Shown one piece after another: positions 10,195 through 19,501 of a stretch of DNA of 64,000 nt (within the stretch, counting starts at the first letter, position 1; the number at the start of each line of letters is the position of its first letter). Source of the stretch: a virus; the IMG/VR virus record IMGVR_UViG_3300032722_000006, positions 64,001-128,000 of that record; one strand, written 5' to 3'. The notes under the pieces were generated by a model. It did not search any database. It was not told where the DNA came from and saw only the letters and a list, made by a program, of their open reading frames with translations. The position numbers and the translations under genes were made by a program.

Positions 10195-11427
10195 CTACAA
10201 GGTCAGCCGCTCGATAATTGTGTCGAGTGACCCGGGTGACAGCTTGTTCTTCTCACAGTTGGATTTGAACCACTCTCGTGCGCTCTTGGCCTTGTTCTCC
10301 CACATGTTGAAGTACGGCGCCCCCCAATCACCCGAGAGGTTGACCAACGACGCGTAGTGCTTGCGTGAGCCGTCAGCCTCCTTGCGAAATTCCGCGACAC
10401 GAGCGTCGATTTCCTTGCAGTACTTGCCGAACTCGTACTGCATGCGAAGCAACCGGTCGCCGACCTCCTTGGGAACGAGGGGCACGATGTCGTCGACCTT
10501 CTCTAGGATCACGCACTCTAGAGCGTTACGCACCGAGGACGTCACAGTGTCCTTCGAACGGTGTGCGAGCACGTACGTCTTGTTCTTGACCTTCATGCGT
10601 CGGAAGTGCGAATCACATGCGACAGCACCCTCGAGCTCTGAAGGTGACGCATTGTCGACGAACGCTGAGAGCGTGACTACGTCCCTGATGGGCCACGTCT
10701 TGGGACGGCGTACCCACTGAAGCCTGACCTTCTCGATGGGCTCTTCTTTGCCCGTCGCGGTATGACGCACAGCGAGAAGGTACACACGAGGCTGAGGATA
10801 GACCACGACGACCTGGTTGTACGGGGAAACGAGCTCGAAGACGTACGTCAGTTCCTTGTTGAGATGGATGACATTGTCAATCCCATGGACGGGCCATACA
10901 ACCTTCTCCATCTCGAGTTCCTCACGAGTCTCGACGAGTGCGCGGAGGAACAGCTCTGCGAACGTCATGTTGCCAATCTCAAGATGATCCTTGACGATGG
11001 GCAGGTCCGCTTCTGGCACGGATCGCGTGCCGGCGTACCACCTGTCGTGCAGCGGGTCCCAGTACAAGATGATGCACGTGCCGTCGACCTTCTCATAGAC
11101 GCGAAGTTCCTTGTCGGTCCAGTTGACGTCCGCAGCGTGCGTATCGCCGTAGTTGTAGAAGCGATTCATCGGCCATGCGAGGACCTCAACGTCTCCAACC
11201 GTGTGATCCTTCCACGAGTCATCGTTGCCCCGCACAGAGAAAGGTCTGGGCCGGATGACGAGCCCGCGGCACTGTTCTGAGATCGGATCTCCCGGTTTCG
11301 CATCGATCATGTCATAATTTAATGTGAATTTATCGAACATGACGTTCGGACGGGCGTTGACACCGTGCTCCTTCTCGAGTTCACGAAAGGTGTGATGACG
11401 CAGGTATTCCTTGACAAGCAGTTCCAT
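10195..11427 (-). CDS. RNA ligase, T4 Rnl1-like
   Basis: Nucleotidyltransferase motifs YEKVDGT, VFELVSPYN, LEGAV, KVK. Start moved to 11427 based on a leaderless promoter. Confidence 0.85.
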   Translation of the reverse strand: MELLVKEYLRHHTFRELEKEHGVNARPNVMFDKFTLNYDMIDAKPGDPISEQCRGLVIRPRPFSVRGNDDSWKDHTVGDVEVLAWPMNRFYNYGDTHAADVNWTDKELRVYEKVDGTCIILYWDPLHDRWYAGTRSVPEADLPIVKDHLEIGNMTFAELFLRALVETREELEMEKVVWPVHGIDNVIHLNKELTYVFELVSPYNQVVVVYPQPRVYLLAVRHTATGKEEPIEKVRLQWVRRPKTWPIRDVVTLSAFVDNASPSELEGAVACDSHFRRMKVKNKTYVLAHRSKDTVTSSVRNALECVILEKVDDIVPLVPKEVGDRLLRMQYEFGKYCKEIDARVAEFRKEADGSRKHYASLVNLSGDWGAPYFNMWENKAKSAREWFKSNCEKNKLSPGSLDTIIERLTL

Positions 11428-11490
11428 GATCCTATCATAACACACCATGGCCTCTTGATACACTTGTTCTTGACCGGTTAGAATTCTAGC

Positions 11491-12066
11491 ATGGGATCAT
11501 CGACGAGGCTCCTGAGGGAGTTAATCAGCGAGATCGTCCTCGAAGAACCGGGTATTCGTAGATTGCGCGTGTTCGACTTTGACGATACGCTCGTTAGGAC
11601 GGACGCAATGGTGCATGTCACTGACGCAAACGGCATCACGCATCATCTCACGTCACACGAGTATGCATTTTACGAGAGGAAGGAGGGTGATACGCTCGAC
11701 TATTGCGACTTCGAGCGGTTGATCAACCCTCGTCCGATCAGGTGGACGAACAAGGTGCTTCGCACAGTGCATGAGAAGTACGGACCGAGCGGCGTAGCAG
11801 TCATGTCAGCGCGTGGCAACGGTGAGCCTATCAGGCAATTCCTCTCTAACATCGGCTACAATGAGATTGAGATCATTGCAATCGGCAACTCGGATCCGCA
11901 GCTGAAGGCAAAGTGGATCGACGAGAGGATAGTGCGCGATGGCCTGGACCTCGTGGAGTTCTTTGATGACTCTCACCGGTACAACGTAGCAGTCAACTGC
12001 CTGAGGCACAAGCACCCGAACGTGAGAATCATCACGCACGAGGTGACGAACACGTACTGGCGCTAG
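11491..12066 (+). CDS. HAD-superfamily phosphatase (RNA-repair-like)
   Basis: FDFDDTL motif I, SAR motif II, FFDD motif IV. Confidence 0.75.
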   Translation: MGSSTRLLRELISEIVLEEPGIRRLRVFDFDDTLVRTDAMVHVTDANGITHHLTSHEYAFYERKEGDTLDYCDFERLINPRPIRWTNKVLRTVHEKYGPSGVAVMSARGNGEPIRQFLSNIGYNEIEIIAIGNSDPQLKAKWIDERIVRDGLDLVEFFDDSHRYNVAVNCLRHKHPNVRIITHEVTNTYWR

Positions 12067-12500
12067 GGCTCGTCGGGTTCCTCATCGTCCATGTCATCCT
12101 TCACCGTTTCGAAATCAATTTTCGATTCTTCCTCGGTGATCGGCACAATCTCAATGTCAGCGTCAGAGAAGCTCTTCAACGGAAGGAGACCTGAGTTGAC
12201 CCAGCCACCGTGTACAGTGACAACGAGTCCGGCTGCGTTCCTTGATGGCATTGCCTTGCCAATCCTCACGACGTCAAGCCTGTGAAAACGATCCTTGTCC
12301 TCGAACGCATACTCGAACCCCAACAGTTCGACCTCCATGAAACCTCCGGGCTCGAGCAAAAGCTCCTCAAGGTCAGGCATGACCACTTGCTCATCTGCCT
12401 CGAGCGACTTCAACCAGACGTACAGCGATTCAGAGTTCGAGAACATGTAGATCTTCTTACCTGAAGATCCGGGCTTGAGTGTGACACGTACTTTTTTCAT
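12063..12500 (-). CDS. hypothetical protein
   Basis: 145-aa ORF with GGAG SD. Confidence 0.65.
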   Translation of the reverse strand: MKKVRVTLKPGSSGKKIYMFSNSESLYVWLKSLEADEQVVMPDLEELLLEPGGFMEVELLGFEYAFEDKDRFHRLDVVRIGKAMPSRNAAGLVVTVHGGWVNSGLLPLKSFSDADIEIVPITEEESKIDFETVKDDMDDEEPDEP

Positions 12501-12569
12501 TGGCTCCTGTCACGATAGTACGGAGCACGTGCAGATTTGTTCGTCTGCTCACTCGGAGTTGAACTCATT

Positions 12570-12661
12570 TGGTGGACCGCCAGGGAGTCGAACCCTGCAG
12601 TTATGCCGTATCAGAGCGTCGCGGAGGTATAAAACCCGCCCGGGCAACCGACCCGCGGTCC
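12570..12661 (-). tRNA. tRNA-Ile(UAU) with long variable arm
   Basis: Acceptor GGACCGC/GCGGTCC-A-CCA, loop TT-TAT-AC, T-loop TTCGACT. Confidence 0.7.
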
Positions 12662-12681
12662 AAGAATGGGAACCGCAGTCC

Positions 12682-13395
12682 TCATATGAGTGCGTTGAAC
12701 AGGTCCTTGTTGTCACCACAGTAGGCACCGAGCTTGTCGAGCCAGGCTTTCGACTTCTGTTTGAACATGATGGGCATCTTCGTCTTCTTGTCGTTCGACG
12801 CCTTGCAGACAACACCCTCGAACGTCATGCCGATGATCGTACCGGTACGCACGTTCTCAATGAACTGCGGCGTGACCTGCCCTGTGTATAGAGCCCGAGC
12901 ATGATCGATTCCCGCTCTTTCGACAAGGTTCAAGTACGCACCGGGCATCATGATTCCCTGATTGAAAGGCGCGATATCGAAGAGCGTGACGGTGATGTCA
13001 TCAGTCGGGTCATGCATCCCTGCAAATGACCTAGGTCCCCACATCTCGAAGAAGCACATGGCACGGTCATATCTTGCATCTTTGAGTGCCTTTGCTAAGG
13101 AATCGCCGTACTTGTTCAGTACGAGCTCAGGAGCGCGCCCGAACATAGGATCCGTGGCATCTACGAGGCGATGACGTGTGCCAAACTTGTGCCAACCCTT
13201 CTTGCTCGTCCACTCGGCTCGGATGTTGCTTCCGTCGAGCTTGTCGAACGCGATGATGGGCATGTGACACTCTGACGCATATGCGATCGACGGATACGTT
13301 TTCACAAGGCTCTCCGGATCTCTTCGTTCGTCAAATTCATTGTCTAGACGTGTGTCACGTCGCCTGTAATGCTCTTTCAACTTGCGTTCCTTCAT
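12682..13395 (-). CDS. RNA ligase, Rnl2-like
   Basis: FDKLDGSN, FFE, FEGVV, FKQK motifs. True start may be GTG at 13305. Confidence 0.8.
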   Translation of the reverse strand: MKERKLKEHYRRRDTRLDNEFDERRDPESLVKTYPSIAYASECHMPIIAFDKLDGSNIRAEWTSKKGWHKFGTRHRLVDATDPMFGRAPELVLNKYGDSLAKALKDARYDRAMCFFEMWGPRSFAGMHDPTDDITVTLFDIAPFNQGIMMPGAYLNLVERAGIDHARALYTGQVTPQFIENVRTGTIIGMTFEGVVCKASNDKKTKMPIMFKQKSKAWLDKLGAYCGDNKDLFNALI

Positions 13396-13470
13396 TCAAA
13401 CTACTTCCTGAAGATGAAACTCCTCTCTTCAGGATAGCACTGTACCACATTACGTTGCAGGTGTTCATTG

Positions 13471-13542
13471 AGCGACCGACGGGGTTCGGACCCGTGACCT
13501 CCTGGATGGGAACCAGACGCGTTGCCACTACGCTACGGTCGC
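13471..13542 (-). tRNA. tRNA-Gly(CCC)
   Basis: Cloverleaf, loop TT-CCC-AT. Confidence 0.88.
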
Positions 13543-13607
13543 AAAAACGATCTTCACCTTCTGCCTAGTTTGGATTTTGAGTGGGCCGATGGTCATCCCA
13601 CAAAGGG

Positions 13608-14021
13608 TTACTGATCGTTGGGAAAGACAAGATAATCAGAAGCATAATTCGTTGTGTTGAAATACTTTGTAGACTTCTCAAATCTAACACTCATTCCTCG
13701 AGTGTACTCTGTCAGTTTCTTCAACGTAACGTACAAAACCACGTTTCGATCGGTTACGTAAAGAGCCATCACATCAAACTCATCACCAATGTATGGTCGA
13801 GTGTGATCGTGTTGCTTACACGCTTCGAAAACAACAAGCTCATTCTTAGACGTTGAAGTCTTGACTTGAATTCTCGTGAATTTCGAGTTTTTGTATGCAA
13901 CGAGATCAATCTCGGATGAACCGGTGACCTCTTTAAAAACATCATATTCAAGACCGAGGAGCTGTTGTGTCACAGCTAGTTCACCAATCGTTCCTTTACG
14001 TGAAGTAGGTGAGGCACTCAT
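13608..14021 (-). CDS. PD-(D/E)XK homing endonuclease (I-Ssp6803I-like)
   Basis: KGTIGE...IDLV...RIQVKT motifs, lower GC, located between two Gly tRNAs. Confidence 0.8.
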   Translation of the reverse strand: MSASPTSRKGTIGELAVTQQLLGLEYDVFKEVTGSSEIDLVAYKNSKFTRIQVKTSTSKNELVVFEACKQHDHTRPYIGDEFDVMALYVTDRNVVLYVTLKKLTEYTRGMSVRFEKSTKYFNTTNYASDYLVFPNDQ

Positions 14022-14022
14022 C

Positions 14023-14104
14023 TGGAGCGGGTGGTGGGATTCGAACCCACGATGCTTTCGCGCCTGCTTGGAAGGCAGGTGATCTACCACTGACCGACAC
14101 CCGC
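14023..14104 (-). tRNA. tRNA-Gly(UCC) with extra variable-arm hairpin
   Basis: Loop CT-TCC-AA, variable region CGCGAAAGCATC, encoded CCA. Confidence 0.88.
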
Positions 14105-14126
14105 GTGTCTTTTCATAATTACTCTA

Positions 14127-15005
14127 CTACGCTGCGATGTCTCCGTTCAACCCTATCGAGATTCGCAGGTACCTCGTCAATATGTCAGTCTGGTCCTCGA
14201 GCACCGCTCGTTGGTGTGAGAATGCGAAGTGTGACACCAGTGCATTGCCGACGAGGTACAAGGGCCGTTTTAGTGCTCTCGGAATGCCCTTGGTCAAATC
14301 ACTTTCATCCCTAGGACCGACTCTACCTCCAAACAGGGCAAAATTCTCTCCTGCCCATGCCATGACGCCGATGCGCTGGTGTTGAATCGGAAGTTCCGCG
14401 TTGACGAAGTACAGAGATTTTACGTTCCCGGCGTTGAGAATGTCGAGGAATTGTCTGTGAATGTATGCTGCGAACTCACCGTTTGTGCATGCGTACGGGC
14501 ACCTCGGGTCACCTGTGCAGTGTCCTAGCACATCACCGATGACGCCTTCATCCTGAAGGATCTTGGTGATATGCGGGATGTTGAAGACGTTCGTGACGCA
14601 TGCGAAGTTCGTGGGCGCTCGTTCGATGACAACCGGCATGAGGTTCTCGAAGAACTCGTCGTGTACGTAGCAGATGTCATCGTCCATCTTCACGTAGATC
14701 GTGTTCGGAGCGACGCACGCTGCGTAGAAAAGGTGGATCGAACTGCTGTACTGGAAGTGCTTTCGCCTGGCGTCGTAGAGTTCCTTCTTGAGGGGGCCCG
14801 GCGAGAAGATGCGCTTGACCTTCGGGAACGTCGCCTCGAGTCGTTCGAAGTACGCTAGGTCAGCGGGTTCGTCCGTGTTCACCCAGAGTTGAATCTCATC
14901 GATGATGCTAGCGAAGCGATCAGCAAGCAAGTACGGGAGAAGGATACGCATGTAGCGGTATCGTCCCGATGGGATACAGATGACGACTCTTTTGTCCTGA
15001 AACAT
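14127..15005 (-). CDS. glycosyltransferase-like (GT-A) protein
   Basis: VVICIP...GR start and YVKMDDDI DxD motif. Confidence 0.65.
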   Translation of the reverse strand: MFQDKRVVICIPSGRYRYMRILLPYLLADRFASIIDEIQLWVNTDEPADLAYFERLEATFPKVKRIFSPGPLKKELYDARRKHFQYSSSIHLFYAACVAPNTIYVKMDDDICYVHDEFFENLMPVVIERAPTNFACVTNVFNIPHITKILQDEGVIGDVLGHCTGDPRCPYACTNGEFAAYIHRQFLDILNAGNVKSLYFVNAELPIQHQRIGVMAWAGENFALFGGRVGPRDESDLTKGIPRALKRPLYLVGNALVSHFAFSHQRAVLEDQTDILTRYLRISIGLNGDIAA

Positions 15006-15024
15006 GTCTAGACCTTGAACAATC

Positions 15025-15213
15025 CTATCTCATCGAGAGATGACCGCGTTCAGGCACCATGAACGTGATGACGTCGCCGCACGCCGGACATTCATGTTCA
15101 TAGACACCTGGTGTGAACACCATCATGCTTGGAGGATTGTGTTCTGGGTGTTTGCAAACAGGGCGGCGTTTGTAAGCGCTGGCAGCGTTGTCATCAATTC
15201 TTCGAGTAGGCAT
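15025..15213 (-). CDS. small Zn-binding hypothetical protein
   Basis: CxHxxHNPP...CPAC. Confidence 0.6.
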   Translation of the reverse strand: MPTRRIDDNAASAYKRRPVCKHPEHNPPSMMVFTPGVYEHECPACGDVITFMVPERGHLSMR

Positions 15214-15223
15214 GTATTCTCCG

Positions 15224-15310
15224 AGGAAGGTGAGGGATTCGAACCCCCGGGACCCGTTAGGGTCCTTCCGCTTTCAAGGCGGACGCAATAGGCCTCTCTA
15301 CCAACCTTCC
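15224..15310 (-). tRNA. tRNA-Ser(UGA)
   Basis: Loop CT-TGA-AA, long V arm. Confidence 0.9.
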
Positions 15311-15736
15311 AAATGTCAGTTTCTTACTGCGGTACGTCGGTGTTTGTGAGTGACAATTGGGACACAATAGTTTCAAGTTGTTCAAGATGTGATTCGTTGA
15401 ACATCCATCAATGTGATCAAGCTCAAGTGAGATTGGTTCTCCATTCCATGTGTCAATTTGACACTTTTCGCATTTGTATTCTTTCAGACCTTCTTTGACT
15501 AGTCTCTTTGAGAGATGCGCTGTTGGGTATCCTGGGTATTTTCCTTCAAGAATCTCATTGAGAGGTGTTATTGCGCTTGATCGATTACGAATTTGTCGAT
15601 AAAGACCGCAATCTCTCGCAATTCGTTCGAACGTTCGTTGACACACGCCACTTTTCGCAGCAGCTTCACGAAGATTTCTACTTGTTTCAAACAGATGAGA
15701 AATTTCCTCTCGAGTAAGCGCTGCATTATTTCCCAC
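15257..15736 (-). CDS. HNH endonuclease
   Basis: CEKC...LELDHIDG...NNLKLLCPNCHSQT. 3' end runs into tRNA-Ser. Confidence 0.85.
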   Translation of the reverse strand: MGNNAALTREEISHLFETSRNLREAAAKSGVCQRTFERIARDCGLYRQIRNRSSAITPLNEILEGKYPGYPTAHLSKRLVKEGLKEYKCEKCQIDTWNGEPISLELDHIDGCSTNHILNNLKLLCPNCHSQTPTYRSKKLTFGRLVERPIASALKAEGP

Positions 15737-15742
15737 GTTCAA

Positions 15743-16006
15743 TCATATACTATGATGCATGAGATTGCACCTCAGGGAATTCTGTCGGTTGACCACTGGA
15801 CAGTGATCGCAACGTTGCCGACAGCATCGGTGTGAGGACGTATCCCAACATGATCGTGATGACAGTGCAATTTTTCTCCTTTGCACGCATCGGGAGGCGT
15901 CCTGTAGACGCTCCCTGTGTCCCACCACATGTTTGCTGTCGCGCAAGATGTGCAAAGCATCATCATGACGATCAGGAACCATCTCTTCATCCTGATACAT
16001 ATTCAC
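15743..16006 (-). CDS. hypothetical protein (the overlapping 15772..15990 lipoprotein-like frame is an alternative)
   Basis: Two overlapping minus-strand frames. 15772..15990 has a signal peptide and a TSC lipobox. Confidence 0.35.
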   Translation of the reverse strand: MNMYQDEEMVPDRHDDALHILRDSKHVVGHRERLQDASRCVQRRKIALSSRSCWDTSSHRCCRQRCDHCPVVNRQNSLRCNLMHHSI

Positions 16007-16191
16007 CTCTTTTCCTCCTTGAGGGCATACAGTTCAGGGTGTTTGAGCGTGATGTGATTGACGTAGCAATTCACACAGATGATCGCCGGACACAGTTGGC
16101 AGACCCACGCTTCGCCACCGAAAGGATTGTCTCGGGAGGGTCGTTCATGCTGCTCAACCTGGCTTGAGCATGATGGACATTTCATGTACAT
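16003..16191 (-). CDS. small Cys-rich zinc-finger protein
   Basis: CxxC...CxxC...CxxC...H...H. Confidence 0.6.
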   Translation of the reverse strand: MYMKCPSCSSQVEQHERPSRDNPFGGEAWVCQLCPAIICVNCYVNHITLKHPELYALKEEKR

Positions 16192-16193
16192 TG

Positions 16194-16277
16194 CGGAATC
16201 GGCAGGACTCGAACCTGCAAGACCTTGCGGCTCACGGGTTTAGCAAACCCGCTGTTTAACCATTCACACACGATTCC
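16194..16277 (-). tRNA. tRNA-Ser(GCU)
   Basis: Loop TT-GCT-AA, long V arm. Confidence 0.9.
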
Positions 16278-16301
16278 ATGTCCCGTACGTGGGACCGACG
16301 T

Positions 16302-16529
16302 TCACCAGCAGCTGAACCCGTTTCCAGGGATACCATTGCAGTAGCAGATCACGCCTGTCGGCCCGGGCGGGATGACGCACCGACGCATTCCATTCGTGTC
16401 GCAGCAGTATGTCACGGGCTGAGCCTCAACTGGTGAAGATTGAACGCCGATGATTGCGAGTGACATGATGACGAGCAAGGTAGTGATGATCTTTTTCATG
16501 ATCAGACATATTACTACGTCAGATGTCAC
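16302..16529 (-). CDS. secreted small Cys-rich protein
   Basis: Signal peptide (MKKIITTLL...VEA) followed by 6 Cys. Confidence 0.6.
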   Translation of the reverse strand: MTSDVVICLIMKKIITTLLVIMSLAIIGVQSSPVEAQPVTYCCDTNGMRRCVIPPGPTGVICYCNGIPGNGFSCW

Positions 16530-16533
16530 TTGT

Positions 16534-16899
16534 TCAATCAGCCTTTAGACTACCCACGACCCTGTTGATCTCCTGGATAGAGCACGGTCCGAACGCTGCA
16601 CAGGTCGGCTCGTCCTCTTCATCGAGAAAAGGGTGCACCTCAACGTCAGCGAGCTGGGCGCGGAAGATTAGGTCCTCCAATGCTCCGAGCGATTCAACGC
16701 TCATGATGACGGGAGCGAAGGAACCTGACAACCACGTTGCCTCCGCGGGGGTCAACCTGATGTGGACCTCGTCCCCTCGTTCTGCCTCGTTATTGTCAAC
16801 AAGGAACATCATTGACGCATGCGCAATCTGAGCGGCCTGCTCGTTCTTGTGCATGTTCAGATCACGTCTTACCACGATGACTTGCTTCACGTCGTCCAT
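16534..16899 (-). CDS. peptidyl-tRNA hydrolase 2 (Pth2) homologue, possibly inactive
   Basis: KQVIVVRRDLNM...AAQIAHA...PTCAAFGP. The GK and DAGxT motifs are degenerate. Confidence 0.8.
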   Translation of the reverse strand: MDDVKQVIVVRRDLNMHKNEQAAQIAHASMMFLVDNNEAERGDEVHIRLTPAEATWLSGSFAPVIMSVESLGALEDLIFRAQLADVEVHPFLDEEDEPTCAAFGPCSIQEINRVVGSLKAD

Positions 16900-16959
16900 G
16901 GTTTCCTCCGCTTTTCAAAGATCGTACTACGACACCGGCATCCGAGGATGTTGATGTTG

Positions 16960-17031
16960 TGATCCCAGTCGGGTTCGAACCGACGTCCTCCACCGTGTCA
17001 GGGTGGCGCGCTACCGCTGTGCCATGGGATC
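16960..17031 (-). tRNA. tRNA-Val(GAC)
   Basis: Loop CT-GAC-AC. Confidence 0.9.
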
Positions 17032-17094
17032 GTAAAGGAGCATGCGAGTGCATGGTGCCTGCTCCTCTAAGTAGGAAGTTCGTCCGTCAGTGCG

Positions 17095-17433
17095 TCACTT
17101 TCCCGGACGTTTCTGCTGAGAACGCTCTCGGCGCTCCTTCGCGCGCATTCGCTTCTCGGGCTCAGCAGACGCGACGGGCGCGGTCGGTGCTCCTACAGCC
17201 TCGACCACCTTCTTCGCGTCCTCAATCTTCGCAAGGATGCGAGCTCGCTGCTTCGCAGCACCGACGCCCTTTCCCAATCGAGAATCGAGCGCATCCAGCT
17301 GTGCCTGAGGCGACAAGCCCGTCCAGTGCTTCAGACGCTCGGTGCCCTCTTCCTGCTGGATCTTCCTGTGGTCGGGTCGGGGTCCACCACCTGTGAACCT
17401 GCGATCAGTGTTCGTCCTCTTTGCTTGTCCCAT
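17095..17433 (-). CDS. basic hypothetical phage protein
   Basis: LSPQAQLDALDSRLGKGVGAAKQRARI. Start at MGQAK. Confidence 0.65.
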   Translation of the reverse strand: MGQAKRTNTDRRFTGGGPRPDHRKIQQEEGTERLKHWTGLSPQAQLDALDSRLGKGVGAAKQRARILAKIEDAKKVVEAVGAPTAPVASAEPEKRMRAKERRERSQQKRPGK

Positions 17434-17488
17434 CGTCTTCACCTGGTCCTTTCGTTCCATCAGACACACGGTGACCATCACCGTGCAG

Positions 17489-17563
17489 CACCCTCGGCAG
17501 GATTCGAACCTGCGTTACTACAGCTTAGAAGGCTGCGGCCTAATCCGTTCGAGCCACGAGGGC
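17489..17563 (-). tRNA. tRNA-Arg(UCU)
   Basis: Loop CT-TCT-AA. Confidence 0.9.
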
Positions 17564-17567
17564 ATTG

Positions 17568-17641
17568 TCTTCACGGCAGGATTCGAACCCGCGACCTCTC
17601 GCTTCGGAGGCGAGTGTTCTGTTCCGCTGAACTACATGAAG
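17568..17641 (-). tRNA. tRNA-Arg(CCG)
   Basis: Loop CT-CCG-AA. Confidence 0.9.
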
Positions 17642-17645
17642 ATTG

Positions 17646-17720
17646 TCTCCTCGGAGGGATTCGAACCCCCGACACCCGGTTTAGGAAACCGGAGTTCTAT
17701 CCTGGCTGAACTACGAGGAG
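17646..17720 (-). tRNA. tRNA-Arg(CCU)
   Basis: Loop TT-CCT-AA. Confidence 0.9.
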
Positions 17721-17813
17721 ATGAGAAAGCACTTTCACCTGCCGCCGATCCCTACGTGAGACAGCTCACGATCCGTGAACGGGACAAATTATGCTGCGGT
17801 TACTCATGCTATG

Positions 17814-17896
17814 TGCCAACGGAGGGAGTTGCACCCTCACGCTCTTTCGAACGGCGGATTCTGAGTCCGCTGTGACTGCTGTTCCACCACGTTGGC
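17814..17896 (-). tRNA. tRNA-Leu(CAG)
   Basis: Loop CT-CAG-AA, V arm. Confidence 0.9.
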
Positions 17897-17897
17897 A

Positions 17898-18314
17898 TTA
17901 CGTGACCTTCTTGACCCTGCTGACCCACCACCTTCGAGCGAACCTTGAGACGAGATACGCTTCCGCGAGCCGCTTCGATCGCCACACCCTCTGTGCAAGA
18001 GCGCTGGGTGAGTACGATGACGTGACAGTGTATCCTTTCCTGAGACCGTATGCGATCGCTTCAGAATACAAGGCGAGTCCCAATCCTTTTCCTCTGTGCC
18101 CCTGATCGAGGTTTGAGTGCGTCTCGTACACCCTGACGGGATGACCCGCACAGTTTGCTGATGCTTCGACTACATTGACACTTCCGATCTCCTTGCCGTT
18201 GAACTTTAGCTTCACGGTGTAGTCAGTGAAGTTTTCCTTAGGAGTGACGCTGATTGCGTATCCGGCCGGCAGCTGCATGAGACCAACATACCACGTCGGT
18301 CTACGGATTTGCAC
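17898..18314 (-). CDS. GNAT-family acetyltransferase
   Basis: Acetyl-CoA motif HRGKGLGLALY, then S..A..VW. Confidence 0.7.
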   Translation of the reverse strand: MQIRRPTWYVGLMQLPAGYAISVTPKENFTDYTVKLKFNGKEIGSVNVVEASANCAGHPVRVYETHSNLDQGHRGKGLGLALYSEAIAYGLRKGYTVTSSYSPSALAQRVWRSKRLAEAYLVSRFARRWWVSRVKKVT

Positions 18315-18786
18315 TCTCTTCTTCGCTCCGACATTCCTCCCTAATTTCCATTAGAAGTCGCCCGAGCCAGTTCTGACCTACACCTTTGTAAACGCCCCAG
18401 AACTTGTCACCCCACGTGTTACCCTCGACCAACGGGATATCTTCTGTCGCAAGTAACATTGACCTAAGAAGGGGGTTCTTGAATTTTTCCTGCAGCAGAT
18501 TCCGCATCACTGTCACCTTCTGTAGGTCCCAGTCAGTGGGTAGCTTGACAGAGTAACCGAGCTTTTTTGCAATGCCCGGTGACGCTGCTTCGCGGATCAT
18601 CTTCTTCGTCACCGGGTCGGATGACTTCGCCGCCTGGTACGCATGCTCCACTGTTGGGTAACGATCACCGTCGACCCAAATTGATGCTGCGTAGAAATTG
18701 CTCAAGAACCCAAACTCACCTCTGAAGTGATCGATTTCTACGGGTTTCTCTGACGGAAGCTGCGGTTGGCGTGTTTCGTCGCTCAT
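18301..18786 (-). CDS. NADAR family protein
   Basis: FLSNFY, YPTVEHAYQAAK, KF..PLLR..LL.T, LVEGN.WGD.FWG, G.NWLG.LLM. Confidence 0.9.
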   Translation of the reverse strand: MSDETRQPQLPSEKPVEIDHFRGEFGFLSNFYAASIWVDGDRYPTVEHAYQAAKSSDPVTKKMIREAASPGIAKKLGYSVKLPTDWDLQKVTVMRNLLQEKFKNPLLRSMLLATEDIPLVEGNTWGDKFWGVYKGVGQNWLGRLLMEIREECRSEEESANP

Positions 18787-19322
18787 CTGCTTCTTGTGAC
18801 CTCTTCGCAAACGCTGACGTCATCTTCTTCATCGAGTTCCGTCGCCATGAGCGCCTGGATCCTCGAACCGTCGCCCCAATGGATCTTGGCAACGTTGTCA
18901 GTCGCGTTGTGACAGTGACCGTGTGTGTAAGCAGTCAGAAGGTTGCTGTTCTTCATGCCTGCCTTCTGGCAGGCGGCAATGCTTTCGTCGAGATGGTGCA
19001 ATGCGACGGCGGCTTGCTTCGAGACGTCAGGTGAACACAAAGCTGCTTTTTCTTGATCGTTGAACGGGTGGACCTGGAATGCGCCGAGTGCCTCGCCATG
19101 ATCGCCTCTGACCTTGCATGAAACTACATCATCACGCCACCCACCGGTTTCCCATCGAGCGATCTTGATCAAGGTCTCGACCTTCTGAGGATCTGTCGTC
19201 GTTTGCACGATCGCATCGACGACATTTGTCATCGTGTGAAAATCGTAAGGACCCCAGTTAGAATTCCACGTGCTGTCTGTCAGGTTCATTGCGAAGATGA
19301 GGGCTGCCGTGGCTAGATTCAT
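18783..19322 (-). CDS. lysozyme/transglycosylase-like protein
   Basis: IARWETG...GDHGEALGAFQV. Confidence 0.55.
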   Translation of the reverse strand: MNLATAALIFAMNLTDSTWNSNWGPYDFHTMTNVVDAIVQTTTDPQKVETLIKIARWETGGWRDDVVSCKVRGDHGEALGAFQVHPFNDQEKAALCSPDVSKQAAVALHHLDESIAACQKAGMKNSNLLTAYTHGHCHNATDNVAKIHWGDGSRIQALMATELDEEDDVSVCEEVTRSR

Positions 19323-19427
19323 TCTTGTGTAGACTCCATGATGCCGGCGAGATAGGTGCCGACACCCCGTCATTATACTTCACCTGTAAAAAATGTTTCA
19401 CTGCCATGTGTTCATGATGAATAATTG

Positions 19428-19501
19428 TCTCCTCGGTGGGATTCGAACCCACGACCTCCGGCTTCGCAGACCGGTGCTCTAATCCGCTGAGCTACGGGGA
19501 G
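19428..19501 (-). tRNA. tRNA-Arg(GCG)
   Basis: Stem CCGGT/GCCGG, loop CT-GCG-AA. Confidence 0.88.

Noticed and set aside
12570-12661. Ochre (UUA) suppressor reading
   Set aside because: That register pairs worse and puts U at 37. The UAU register gives A37 and GCGGG/TCCGC pairing.
13543-14022. Group I intron around the PD-(D/E)XK nuclease
   Set aside because: The flanking tRNAs are uninterrupted, and there is no room for or sign of an intron core.
17728-17810. Hammerhead, twister or HDV-like (theta) ribozyme
   Set aside because: No CUGANGA core, and the twister and HDV consensus pairings could not be completed by eye.
17326-17875. ORFs over tRNA clusters (GFEP-containing peptides)
   Set aside because: They are antisense translations of tRNA genes.
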